This document shows positions 24,031 to 34,899 of a stretch of DNA of 64,000 bases, piece by piece (the stretch's first letter is position 1; each line of letters opens with the position of its first letter). The translations under genes and the position numbers were made by a program. The stretch is taken from contig JAUCBJ010007883.1 in the NCBI GenBank assembly GCA_032718475.1, positions 20,503 through 84,502 of the forward strand. The letters are read 5' to 3'. The notes below the pieces were generated by a model that was given only the letters and a program-made list of their open reading frames with translations, had not been told where the DNA came from and searched no databases. Source of the stretch: Nemertoderma westbladi (taxonomy: Eukaryota > Animalia > Xenacoelomorpha).

Positions 24031-24380
24031 AAAAGAAAAGTTAAGTTATCGGTGACAGTGAAACACGAAATGCCGGAGGCCATCACCGACCACCAGCGCG
24101 ATCCTCTCTCTTGGCAGTTACCTGTAAGGTAGGGAGGACGTCGCACTGAACCCAATGGCGAACACTCCATAACTACCCAATCCTTTCTTTACACTTAAAG
24201 CCGAAGCCAGGTTCGAATTGTTCTGCTGGGTTTGCGATAGCACTATTGTTTAAAGTGTCTTGCTTAGGGACTCAAAGTGCTAAATTTGTACAGCCTTTAG
24301 TTGGATTTGAACCTGCGTCGCTAAACAATATTGTGAAAGCAGATCAGCCGCAGTATCCACTCGGATCTTGCGCTCGCTGC
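24031..24380 (-). repeat. tRNA-derived SINE within the ABCB6 intron
   Basis: Minus strand has an A-box-like CCGAGTGG, a B box GGTTCAAATCC (24303-24313), then GTCCCTAAGCAAGACACTT resembling CORE/Meta-type SINE central domains. Confidence 0.65.
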
Positions 24381-25303
24381 AAATAAGTTTGTTAATTATT
24401 CGTTTTCGATTCATAATAATTTTGGTATTTCTTCATTTATTTTTTATTCATTAAATTTAAAAGTTACAGAGGCAGGCTTATCTAACCAAAACAATAAACG
24501 GCCACTTTACCAATTGAGGGAGAGGAGCAGGTTGCAGAGACGGGCTTTTATAACCAAAACAATAAACCATCATATCAGTAGTCACTCTATAACCAAAAAA
24601 ATTAGGCAGTCAAGCAATAGGTACCGCCCCCTACTGCTACCGGTATGCAGCTGTAGAAACGGTTGAAACAACGGTCCCCAAAGTAACAAGACCCCATCAA
24701 TCATATATAAATATAGGCAGGATTATAAATAAAGCGTTCCGTCATAGGAAAATTTATAATCGTAAACCACGGGAACTCGACATAATTAAGGCAAGATTTG
24801 TTAAACGCCTGCTAGGACCGACAAAAACTACCTCAGCTACAATGGTTCTCAGAGCCGTAAATGAAAAAACATTCTGTGAGGACATTATTGATAAAACACC
24901 GAACGTCTTCAAACTCGAAATAATTGAAGACTACATATAAACCAGGGCTTCTTAAATGGACCGGCGTTTATAAATTCCTCTTGGAAAGGAGCTCTCCTAC
25001 AGATCCGCCATATCATAACTAGAACTACGGCCCATCGTTGGCACTCCAACTTATGCACAAACTCTGAACCATTCCACGATCGATCGGATCAGTGTTTATG
25101 CGGGTTTTGCGGCGGCTCAGCCCATCACCTGCCCCACGTGCTAGACTGCCCCAATCAATCATTATCAAATTCTGTGAAATTTTAAAGTCTATTTCAACGT
25201 GATATTTTTAAACTATGTTGTTTTAATTAAAATTTTATTTATTGCGATTAAACACTCATTTACGCAGATCATGGGGTGTATATATTAAAAATAAATAAAT
25301 AAC

Positions 25304-26998
25304 CTGGTAGATGGTGCCGAAAAAGTTGAGCGGAACGTAGAGTTGAATGATATAAGTAGAGAATAGGACGTAGTCTCCTGAACTCATTGTGCGGTCTACA
25401 ACGTAATGGGCACAGAGGAGAGCCCCACCGAGGAGACCGATGTTAACGATGATGCTCTGGGTCGTGTTTAGGATAACCAGGGAGTACTGACTCTTCCATT
25501 CGCATTCCTGGTAGTTGAGAATCTGTTTGTTGTAGATATCGACTTCGTAATCCTCGGCGCCGTAGTATTTAACGGTCTCGAAATTAAGGAGGGAGTCGAT
25601 TGCTTTAGATTTAGTAGCGTTGTCTTTCTCGTTCATGGCACGGCGGAATTTAGTCCGCCATTCGGTTATAGTGATAGTGGCGACCAGATAGATAACCATC
25701 ACAGTGAGCACAATGAGTCCGAAGTAAATATTGAAGGCGACCATGAAGTAGACGACAGCGATGATGATGTCGGCGATGGTTGGGACGATGTTGAAGGTGA
25801 GATACTGGAGCACTGAGTTGATGGAGGTAGTCCCGCGGTCCATAACGCGGATTACCTCGCCAGTTTTACGACCGAGGTGCCATCTGAGGGAGAGGGCGTG
25901 GAGGTGGGAGAAGAGTCGAACCGAGATGGATCGGGAGGTATTCTGTTGGACCTTGATGAATAGGAGGGCGCGGGCGCTGTTGAGAAGACCTGCGGAGCCA
26001 CTGCCCTGGAGCAAACGGAAGAGAACGTAATAAATGATGACGGCGAAAGGGATTAGTGTCGGGTAATTGTTGTCAGGGCCGATTGATAGTTGGTCGACGA
26101 TCTTCTTGTAGAAGATGGGGATGAAGACGTTGACAACCCGACCGGCAGCGAGGACGACATAGCAGAGGAACATGTAGAGCTGCAGACGGGGTTTACCTTG
26201 GGGCCACAAGTACGGGAAGAGGATGCCAATCTTACGGGAGAAATTTGCCCAGGTTGAGCCGGTCTCAGGCCTTCCGACTTCCAATAAGGATTGGGAAGCT
26301 TCTTCTGTGTCATCTTCGTCCCGCGGTCGCCATGCGAAGCCTGGGCCCTTGAGGCTGACCACGAACAGCACAAACAACACGACAAGCTTAGCTAACCATA
26401 GGCCAAAGAAGGTAACATCGTTATCGGATGATAAGGGCCACCACCAATGGGGACTCAGCCATGAAATCAGCGGGCAAATCTCCAAAACTACGGCCAGAGC
26501 CCAGAATAAGTGAAGGAGGCAGCTGTGCCTAGGTTTACGGTAACTGTTGCGGCGGCGTTTAACGTCGTGGAAAATTAAAATGACGGAGAATATATAAGCG
26601 GTGGATTCAGTGATAGCATCGAAGACCACGTACATGGGGTGGTAGCCAGCCATCTCTATGAGAACAATCACCTTGGCGACAACCAATAGAAGGGAGATTA
26701 CAGTGAGAAGCAGCTGTAGGCGGTATAAAAAGGGATGTTGGGGGGCCCGAGAGGACCGCAACCTGGAGAGGTAGCTGGGGTCTCTGGGGCGGCCCCCACA
26801 TACAGCGGAGGAACAAACCCGGCAAACAACGTCCACGAGGACAATAGCCAATAAGATAGCTGGAAAGAAGGTGTAATAGAAACAAAGGGAGATCCCGCTG
26901 TCCAACCATACCGTGCTAATGTTAACGTTGGCAGGGCAATAGTGTTTGGCTGATATGTTAGTAGCATTGTGGATATCTTCTGAAAATATTTCTATCAT
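25304..26998 (-). CDS. ABCB6: ABCB6/HMT-1, exon 1 (TMD0 plus ABC membrane domain)
   Basis: N-terminal YCP..W...G...CF TMD0 pattern, HLHALSLRWHLGRKTGEVIRVMDRGT, DSLLNFETVKYY and QLYVPLNFFGT. Donor CAG|GTT at 25304/25303. A phase-0 join gives about 860 aa (..[18 protein letters not shown]..). Confidence 0.92.
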
Positions 26999-27315
26999 AT
27001 TGAATTGCGGTGCATTATCCTGTTATCAAATTATTATTAATAATAGTCAATATCTGAATAGAGATATAACCGGATATATTCTATACCATATGTTCTATAA
27101 TATATATTATATCTGAAATATTAGTTGTCACACATTTTACTGTTAGTTCAAAAGGCCAACAGTCCAGCAGTCTACATAGTACCGGTACTGTATCCGTAAC
27201 CGTACATCATACACCCATATACTGACAAGACTGATACCTATATCAGTATATACTGATATATTGGTAGTAACAATGTGTTGGCAAGCTGTATTTTTCGAGG
27301 TGTTTGTTATTATAC

Positions 27316-27585
27316 ATTTATTATAGGAAGGGATCTAGGGGTCTAGGAATCCGACACCACGCTGATGAGACCCAGTAAGGTCGAAACGCGTACGTGGATT
27401 GGAGAGATATGAGATATTAATTTCAAGAAAAATTACGCGATTCTTAAATTTGTACACTACCCGGCTAAAAAGTACGCATGTGATGGGATTAGTCCTACAA
27501 TTGCGCCAATAAAAGATAAGTTATTTTCGGTAAAATAAACTTATCATTCGAGGTAAAGACCCCTAGATCCCTTCCTATAATAAAT
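27316..27585 (+). mobile_element. 270-bp inverted-repeat-flanked element containing a hammerhead ribozyme (Penelope-like/retrozyme-like remnant)
   Basis: Perfect 29-bp inverted repeats at 27316-27344 and 27557-27585. ATAC lies on both sides (27312-27315, 27586-27589). Confidence 0.7.
27357..27397 (+). ncRNA. Minimal type I hammerhead ribozyme
   Basis: Stem I CCACG/CGTGG; core CTGATGA (27362-27368); stem II GACC-CAGTAA-GGTC; GAAA; palindromic mini stem III (ACGCGT); GTA cleavage triplet with predicted cut after 27392. Confidence 0.88.
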
Positions 27586-27656
27586 ATACTGATATAGGCC
27601 TACCGGGTAAGTGATCAGCCTATTGAATCATGACAAAATACCGGTTGCCGGTGCCA

Positions 27657-27862
27657 GTCCACGGTTCGCCCAACAATCCCGGATGGGTCCACGGTTCGCC
27701 CAACAATCCCGGATGGGTCCACGGTTCGCCCAACTATCCAGGAGGGGTCCACGGTTCGCCCAACAATCCAGGATGGGTCCACGGTTCGCCCAACAATCCC
27801 GGATGGGTCCATGGTTCGCCCAACAATCCCGGATGGGTCCACGGTACGCCCAACAATCCCAG
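27657..27862 (+). repeat. 30-bp tandem repeat, about 7 copies, in frame with ORF1 (STVRPTIPDG)
   Basis: GTCCACGGTTCGCCCAACAATCCCGGATGG units read directly. Confidence 0.95.
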
Positions 27863-29385
27863 TCCCTGAATCCCCTGAGTCCCAGAATCATCCTATAACT
27901 ACTGATGCAGATAACTGCCAGGAAAACTCACCGAGACCTTCCTCACCCCCATACACAACGGTGCGAAACGCGAAAAGGGATAAACCAAGAGTCCTAATAT
28001 TTATGGACAGCAATCGACGGTTTATACGTACAAGACAAATCGACATAACAGCAAAGATGATTCCTACAGGTAATTCTCAAGATCTTATTGATAGAATGTA
28101 CTCATCCGCTAAATTCGACAGTAATGTTACCAAAATATATATCCACACAGGAACAAATGAAGTTGACCCTATCAACAGATCTACAAGGCCTATATGTAAA
28201 AACATCGAAACTGCAATCGGAGTAGCAAAACAAACCTGGCCTAATTGTCAAATAGTTGTTTCTTCCATTCTTCCACGAACTGATATCGATGTTACCAATA
28301 TCAATAACAACCTCAGAATCTCATGTAGGAAATTAAAAGTCACGTTAGCATCCCACACGACGATAAACAGATCCCATCTGTATGACGATAGACATATTTC
28401 ACTAAGAAATATAAAGATCCTTGCTAAGTCCATAAAGGACTTTCTTCACCGTAATATTATTGTTACCGACCACTCGGTAAACTTCGGTAAACAACTTCGG
28501 TACCCCGACACCACCCCGGCTCGGTACCCCGACACCAACCCGGCTCGGTACCCCGACACCAACCCGGCTCGGTACCCCGACACCAACCCGGCTCGGTACC
28601 CCGACACCAACCCGGCTCGGTGCCCCGACACCAACCCGGCTCGGTACCCTGACACCAACCCGGCTCGGTACCCCGACACCAACCCGGCTCGGTACCCTGA
28701 CACCAACCCGGCTCGGTACCCCGACACCAACCCGGCTCGGTGCCCCGACACCAACCCGGCTCGGTGCCCCGACACCAACCCGGCTCGGTACCCTGACACC
28801 AACCCGGCTCGGTACCCCGACACCAACCCGGCTCGTTGCCCCGACACCAACCCGGCTCGGTACCCTGACACCAACCCGGCTCGGTACCCCGACACCAACC
28901 CGGCTCGGTACCCTGACACCAACCCGGCTCGGTACCCCGACACCAACCCGGCTCGGTACCCCGACACCAACCCGGCTCGGTACCCCGACACCAACCCGGC
29001 TCGGTACCCCGACACCAACCCGGCTCGGTACCCCGACACCAACCCGGCTCGGTACCCCGACACCAACCCGGCTCGGTACCCCGACACCAACCCGGCTCGG
29101 TACCCCGACACCAACCCGGCTCGGTACCCCGACACCAACCCGGCTCGGTACCCCGACACCAACCCGGCTCGGTACCCCGACACCAACCCGGCTCGGTACC
29201 CCGACACCAACCCGGCTCGGTACCCTGACACCATCCCGGCTCGGTACCCCGACATAAACCCGGCTCGGTACCCCGACACCATCCCGGCTCAGTGCCATGA
29301 GGTACCTGAAGAGAAGGTTCTCCTTAAGTACAACAGACCAGTAGTAGATGCTTTTATTTCGTTACTGCGAGCTATAAATATATGA
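27811..29385 (+). CDS. LINE ORF1 with SGNH/GDSL esterase-like domain and a long octapeptide repeat
   Basis: VLIFMDSN (GDS block), IHTGTNE (GTND block), VSSILPR and DDRHI (DxxH). The frame is open from 27634. Confidence 0.8.
   Translation: MVRPTIPDGSTVRPTIPVPESPESQNHPITTDADNCQENSPRPSSPPYTTVRNAKRDKPRVLIFMDSNRRFIRTRQIDITAKMIPTGNSQDLIDRMYSSAKFDSNVTKIYIHTGTNEVDPINRSTRPICKNIETAIGVAKQTWPNCQIVVSSILPRTDIDVTNINNNLRISCRKLKVTLASHTTINRSHLYDDRHISLRNIKILAKSIKDFLHRNIIVTDHSVNFGKQLRYPDTTPARYPDTNPARYPDTNPARYPDTNPARYPDTNPARCPDTNPARYPDTNPARYPDTNPARYPDTNPARYPDTNPARCPDTNPARCPDTNPARYPDTNPARYPDTNPARCPDTNPARYPDTNPARYPDTNPARYPDTNPARYPDTNPARYPDTNPARYPDTNPARYPDTNPARYPDTNPARYPDTNPARYPDTNPARYPDTNPARYPDTNPARYPDTNPARYPDTNPARYPDTNPARYPDTIPARYPDINPARYPDTIPAQCHEVPEEKVLLKYNRPVVDAFISLLRAINI
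28498..29289 (+). repeat. 24-bp tandem repeat x33 encoding (RYPDTNPA)n
   Basis: CGGTACCCCGACACCAACCCGGCT units, almost invariant. Confidence 0.97.
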
Positions 29386-29512
29386 ATAATAATAATCTTT
29401 AACATTTTTACAAAGAACCATTGAACCATGTAATAACCATAACCAACCGTAATAACTAACATATCACTAAACTATTTCATTCAAGTGCGGAATAATTTTA
29501 ATATGCATAATA

Positions 29513-32500
29513 TTGTCATTATGTTTTAATTATAATATTTTTAATAAATCTAACGCCAGAGCACAAAGCGAAGCAGCGACAGAAGTATATAGAGATAAAC
29601 CAAACTTAAAACATTTATTATGTAATTTCAACGCCAGTGCCACCCATATAGCACCTTTGTATGTACCATATAATTATAATTACCGTGCCTTACTTACGAA
29701 TTGCCATGAACTTATTTACGCCATATTATTAATTCCGTTGTTCGCCAATATTCATTTATTACTATTAAAGTGCAATTTACTATATAACAGGTTAGAGCGT
29801 CCCATACTGAGTTGCCAGCAAGGGGCTTGTTATATGTTTATGGCGGGTTTATTTAGAATTGAAACTCGGCGCATATGTATATATCTTGTATATTTGATAT
29901 TAATGTTTAACAAATATATTTTCTTATTACATTTACATTGTGTAAATGAGGTTTATGTAAACTTTGCTGTAAATATCCTAGCCAGTATCTATGGCAACTA
30001 TATTCGCCCATTTTTGTCGCGAAAGAAAATAATATTATTAAAATCTAAGCCAAATCTTCTTCGAAAAACTAAATATAAACCTATTAGACTTTCATTGTTA
30101 ATTCTTTTACAGATCTTAATACCGCAAGTATTCATCCTAAATCAAATTCACTTTTTCCATACTATAATCACTGCCACTGCTGTATTAATAGATTTCCTAC
30201 TCGCAATATGGCTTGTTACAAAACAATACGGTAAATTAGAATGTAGAAAACCCACAGGTTTAGTAGGTTTAGTATGTTTAGTATTAACTATACAATTAGC
30301 GTCACAATTGTCGGTACATAACCGTTTTACTGTTACAGCACACGCCTACAATATAAAAGTACTTAGTCCCAATAGAAGTTACTCAGGTTCTTTATTTAGT
30401 CCACGCCAAACAGTCCCAAGAGTGCACCAAGTAACTCATATGCTCACACAATTTTTTATAAGTTTAGGTATCAATATAATAGTTTACATATCAGGCAACT
30501 TTTTAGCAGACATATTCGCCCAATGCAATGATATAGAAACTAACCCGGGACCTAAAGGTACACAGCCAACTAAGACGAACAATCGACCTAATACACAATG
30601 TATAACAGTAACCGACTACATGACACAAAATCCTAACGGGGTAAATTTCATTTTAATCAACACCCGCAGTTTAGTGAAAAATTATGAAGAATTAAAACAA
30701 TTAATTATGTCTCTTAACCAGTACGCAATAATTGGAGTAACAGAAACATGGTTAAAGCGGAAACATAGTAAACAATCTATTTCAATACCTGGATATGTAC
30801 ATTACCGTAACGATAGGAGGAAAAGAAAGGGAGGGGGGGTTCTTATTTATATTCCAGAAAACTTGCCGCATAAAGTAAAGCAGGACATCCAAAATAAAAA
30901 CTGCAAATCTGCATATGAGTCACTTTGGATAGAAATCGATACCAGTATTCTATTCGGCGTAGTATATCGACCCCCCAAAAATGTATCTTTTCTTGAAGAT
31001 TTTCTTGAAGAAACGGAAAATGCACTGAACTACAATTATAGTAATACAATCATAGCAGGTGACTTTAATTGTGATATGTTAGATAAAAATAATGTGAAAG
31101 TGAAGGAACTTGAAAACTATATGATTACTTATAATCTAGACCTACTTAATGAACTTACCCCAACACGATATGGCAATGGGAAAAACAAAAACTCATTACT
31201 TGACTTATACCTCACTACCTCCCATAATAAATCCATTTATAATTCAATAACAACACCGAGTGGCTTCTCTGACCACGATTATGTATTATTACATTGTGAC
31301 ACGAAGCTAAGCGCGACACCCACGTCCAAAAAAAGTAGCATAAGAATAACATACAGAGATTATAAACAGTTCTCAGAAAAAATGTTCTTGCAGGATATAT
31401 CGCAAATAAATTGGGCCCCACTATACAATAACGCGGACATTGACAAATCATATAATTACTTCGAACATGAAATTGAAAACGTACTAAACAGACATGCTCC
31501 TATAACAACAAAAACAATAACAGAAAACAGAACTAAGAACACTACAAACAAAAATGCATGGGAAACACAGGAATTAAAACAACTAAATAAACAAAAAATG
31601 GACTCACTATATATCTGGAGAACAACTAAAACTGATGATGATTATGCAAACTTTAAGACGAATAGAAATAAATACAATAACTTAAATCGCACATTAAAAA
31701 ATAATTATATGAAATCAAAATTTGCTGGGGCAAAAAATGCAAAATCACGCTGGAAAATAATTAACTCAATTTTAAATAAAAAAAGTACGAGCGATATGAT
31801 TAATACAATAAAAACTAAAAATGGAAAAATTGAACACGGTTGCAAAATAATAGCTAATATACTCAACTCTACATTTTTAACACTGGGACTACAGACTAGA
31901 AATATCACAAAACAAACACTACCTGTTAACACACATACTCCATTGTGCAATGATACTTTTTCATTTCACAATATCACTGTAACTGATCTCTTAACCATCT
32001 TGGATAAACTAAATACGAATAAATCTGCTGGTCCCTCCACAATTCCCCCACGCATAATAAAATTAATTAAGACAAAAATAGCCTACCCATTAACATATAT
32101 AATAAACCAAAGTTTAACCACATCGAAGTTCCCCTCAAACTTAAAAATGACTAATATTACCCCTGTTTTCAAAAAGGGAGATAGAGAGAATGCTACCAAC
32201 TATCGCCCAATATCTGTAACATCCACATTTGCTAAAATTTTTGAAACCGTAATGCTAAACCAAATTGTATCATATATAACTAAAAATAAAATAATCAAAA
32301 ATAAACAATTCGGTTTTCGCAAAGGATATGCAACTTCTGATGCATTAATTTACACTACAGAATCATGGAAAGCAACACTAGATAGCAATAAATACGTGGC
32401 CATTGCAGCACTGGATGTAGCAAAAGCGTTCAACTCTTTAAATCATAATATCCTATTAAACAAACTTACCCGACTCGGATTTCACACTACTGCCACCAAC

Positions 32501-33559
32501 CTAATAGCAAACTACTTACATGATAGGGTGCAAAGAGTCAAAATTAATAATACTCATTCTGACTGGGCTAAAATTAATCACGGCATTCCACAGGGTACCC
32601 AAGTAGGACCTATCCTATTTCTTTTATACGTAAATAACATATCCGCCTTCTCTGATTTAGATCTAATCCAATATGCTGATGACACTCTAATATTTGCATC
32701 ACATTCAAATCCTTTAACAGCAACACACAATCTATCTGAACATGTAGACAAACTGGAACGTAACCTACTAGATATAAACCTAGATCTCAACACGGATAAG
32801 TCAGAATTTATCTTACTTTCTCCAAAAACCAGAACACCGAGCATAGAAAAAATACAACTAAAAACACAGTCATACACAATTGAACAATCCACTTCAATTA
32901 AGTACTTAGGCGTTATTATTGATAATAGACTTAACTGGCACGCCCAAATTGACCAAATTACTCACAAAATGGCCCTTGCAATATCATGCCTACGCAATGT
33001 TAAAGGACAACTACCATTGAAGACAAAATTAAATATATATAAATCTACAGTATTACCTTACCAAAATTATTGCTCAGATTTGCTAGTACCATTACACAAA
33101 CAATATGGATATAAACAAAAACTATATGAAATAGAGAAACAACAAAACTTTGGTTTACGCGTAGTCTTCAGTAAAAAGAATAGGGATTCCACCGGCACAG
33201 AACTTCGCACCATTGCTAAAATACCAAATTTACATTCACTGCGAGAATTTAACGCTTTAAAATTCTTTCACAAATATACGCATAACTTATCCACCCCTTT
33301 CAAACACATAGATCTACCATACTTACCAATTACTTTGTTAACTTCTGGTTCCCACAAACTTCTAAACCCACGCACGTACAATATTAAAATTCCAAAAACT
33401 TATTCAAATCATGGAACTTACAGTTTAACAGTGGCACTTATTAAAATATGGAATAGTATCCCCACTGAAATTAAAAAACAAGATACATATAAATTATTTT
33501 TACGCGACGTAAAAGCAAAATATTTGAAACACTACACTCGATACGAAGAAATAACTTAA
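29513..33559 (+). CDS. LINE ORF2: hydrophobic N-terminal region, 2A-like motif, APE endonuclease, reverse transcriptase
   Basis: DIETNPGP at 30530-30553. APE motifs NTRSL, VTETWL, GGGV, YRPP, GDFN, LD and SDH. RT motifs QFGFRKG, LDVAKAF, GIPQG, YADD and KYLGV. The track start is TTG; the first ATG is 29834. Confidence 0.93.
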   Translation: MSLCFNYNIFNKSNARAQSEAATEVYRDKPNLKHLLCNFNASATHIAPLYVPYNYNYRALLTNCHELIYAILLIPLFANIHLLLLKCNLLYNRLERPILSCQQGACYMFMAGLFRIETRRICIYLVYLILMFNKYIFLLHLHCVNEVYVNFAVNILASIYGNYIRPFLSRKKIILLKSKPNLLRKTKYKPIRLSLLILLQILIPQVFILNQIHFFHTIITATAVLIDFLLAIWLVTKQYGKLECRKPTGLVGLVCLVLTIQLASQLSVHNRFTVTAHAYNIKVLSPNRSYSGSLFSPRQTVPRVHQVTHMLTQFFISLGINIIVYISGNFLADIFAQCNDIETNPGPKGTQPTKTNNRPNTQCITVTDYMTQNPNGVNFILINTRSLVKNYEELKQLIMSLNQYAIIGVTETWLKRKHSKQSISIPGYVHYRNDRRKRKGGGVLIYIPENLPHKVKQDIQNKNCKSAYESLWIEIDTSILFGVVYRPPKNVSFLEDFLEETENALNYNYSNTIIAGDFNCDMLDKNNVKVKELENYMITYNLDLLNELTPTRYGNGKNKNSLLDLYLTTSHNKSIYNSITTPSGFSDHDYVLLHCDTKLSATPTSKKSSIRITYRDYKQFSEKMFLQDISQINWAPLYNNADIDKSYNYFEHEIENVLNRHAPITTKTITENRTKNTTNKNAWETQELKQLNKQKMDSLYIWRTTKTDDDYANFKTNRNKYNNLNRTLKNNYMKSKFAGAKNAKSRWKIINSILNKKSTSDMINTIKTKNGKIEHGCKIIANILNSTFLTLGLQTRNITKQTLPVNTHTPLCNDTFSFHNITVTDLLTILDKLNTNKSAGPSTIPPRIIKLIKTKIAYPLTYIINQSLTTSKFPSNLKMTNITPVFKKGDRENATNYRPISVTSTFAKIFETVMLNQIVSYITKNKIIKNKQFGFRKGYATSDALIYTTESWKATLDSNKYVAIAALDVAKAFNSLNHNILLNKLTRLGFHTTATNLIANYLHDRVQRVKINNTHSDWAKINHGIPQGTQVGPILFLLYVNNISAFSDLDLIQYADDTLIFASHSNPLTATHNLSEHVDKLERNLLDINLDLNTDKSEFILLSPKTRTPSIEKIQLKTQSYTIEQSTSIKYLGVIIDNRLNWHAQIDQITHKMALAISCLRNVKGQLPLKTKLNIYKSTVLPYQNYCSDLLVPLHKQYGYKQKLYEIEKQQNFGLRVVFSKKNRDSTGTELRTIAKIPNLHSLREFNALKFFHKYTHNLSTPFKHIDLPYLPITLLTSGSHKLLNPRTYNIKIPKTYSNHGTYSLTVALIKIWNSIPTEIKKQDTYKLFLRDVKAKYLKHYTRYEEIT

Positions 33560-34899
33560 TCCCAGGAACAGGATATATACTGCACTGTGCTGCATTCACC
33601 TTTTTATTAGTTTATTGTTATTGTTATTTGTTTAGATACCAGTAAAGTTGTTAGTAGTAGGCCCCGCCCCTACTTGATGTCTATGTTTTACGTATATAGT
33701 TAGACCCCTGCTGGACAACTGACGCTTATTTCCTTTTTAAATTATCAGCTTGTGCGACGTTTGTTTGCTAGCTGCCTCCAATTGGTTTACCAGGCGGAGT
33801 TTTAAGGAAATAAAAGATGTTTATTATTATTTTATTATATTATTATATTATTATTATATTATTATGCCATCCAGCGACTGCGAATCATGCCCTGCCCATT
33901 GTACAGTTGTATAACGTCGTCGTTGAAATTGGCTACTCCTAGCCATACACACACACACACACACATTACAGCATTATGTACAAGGACAAACAGATTAAAC
34001 AGGATACAAAGGCATTTCAGGTTAGACCTCCTTGGCACTTGGTCCTTATATAAAGTATATATAAAGAAAGATTTAACACATACTGACATAGATAAGTTAA
34101 ATAAAATAGGCCCTTACTGCCTTACAAAAAGAAAGTACCGGTACCTACTGACTGACTAAAGTAGGGTAAATTCAGACCTTTCCTGCTGTCCTGCCTTCAC
34201 TTTTTCGCAAAAAAAATGCTTTTACACACGGCACGGATCGGAGACTGTGTTCACAACCTCCACCCTCAGGCGCTCAGGGTCAGCTGGAACCGGGAGGTGG
34301 GAGGGGAGCGAGGGCGAGTAGGCCTACCAAATGGCAGAATGGGCTGGGCACAATTCTGTACGCAAATACCAGAATACTGAAATATATTTTTACACATTAA
34401 CCAGTTAACAGCGACTGCTACTACCTACTACTTCTACTTGCTTTCTACATCTACAACTGTACAGTTCTAACAGTATTGTCAGATTGTACTTAGACCTGTA
34501 GGCCTAGTACAGTTCAGTTAGATTCCTGCTCTGCTGCTGTACTACTACTACACTGACTACAGCGATACAGTTGCACAGCACAGCAGCAGTCAGTATTGAC
34601 ACTATGCGGCTGTGATAGTACTGCAATATGCAATATGCCTACAGCTGTACAGTCTGACAGTACAACGTACAATTCAGCAATTATGATTGCGAAATTGCAA
34701 TGTCAGAATGTGTGGGTGGAAACAGCTGATTTTGTTTACATTTACTGATACCAGATACCGTTTGGTTTGGATTTATAAGATTGTAAATAAATCGATAACG
34801 CCACCTAGAGGTATTAACTAATATTTCGAACTGGTGTGTCATTAAATCCATTTTGTACCATCTTCGATGAATTAAGTTAGCAACATTGAGCATACCTGA

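Larger units (their letters stand above)
27634..33865 (+). mobile_element. Near-full-length CR1/L2-group non-LTR retrotransposon; 5' end uncertain, probably truncated in ORF1
   Basis: Esterase-type ORF1, uninterrupted APE-RT ORF2, about 300-bp 3' UTR and a (TATTA)n-like tail at about 33820-33865. Confidence 0.92.

Noticed and set aside
24300-24380. Possible tRNA genes at 24300-24380, 7915-7990 and 19699-19730
   Set aside because: A/B-box-like motifs are present but no complete cloverleaf forms. They continue into SINE bodies or are fragments.
28402-29298. Minus-strand ORFs (VGVGVPSR)n and (LVSGYRAG)n
   Set aside because: They are antisense shadows of the 24-bp ORF1 repeat.
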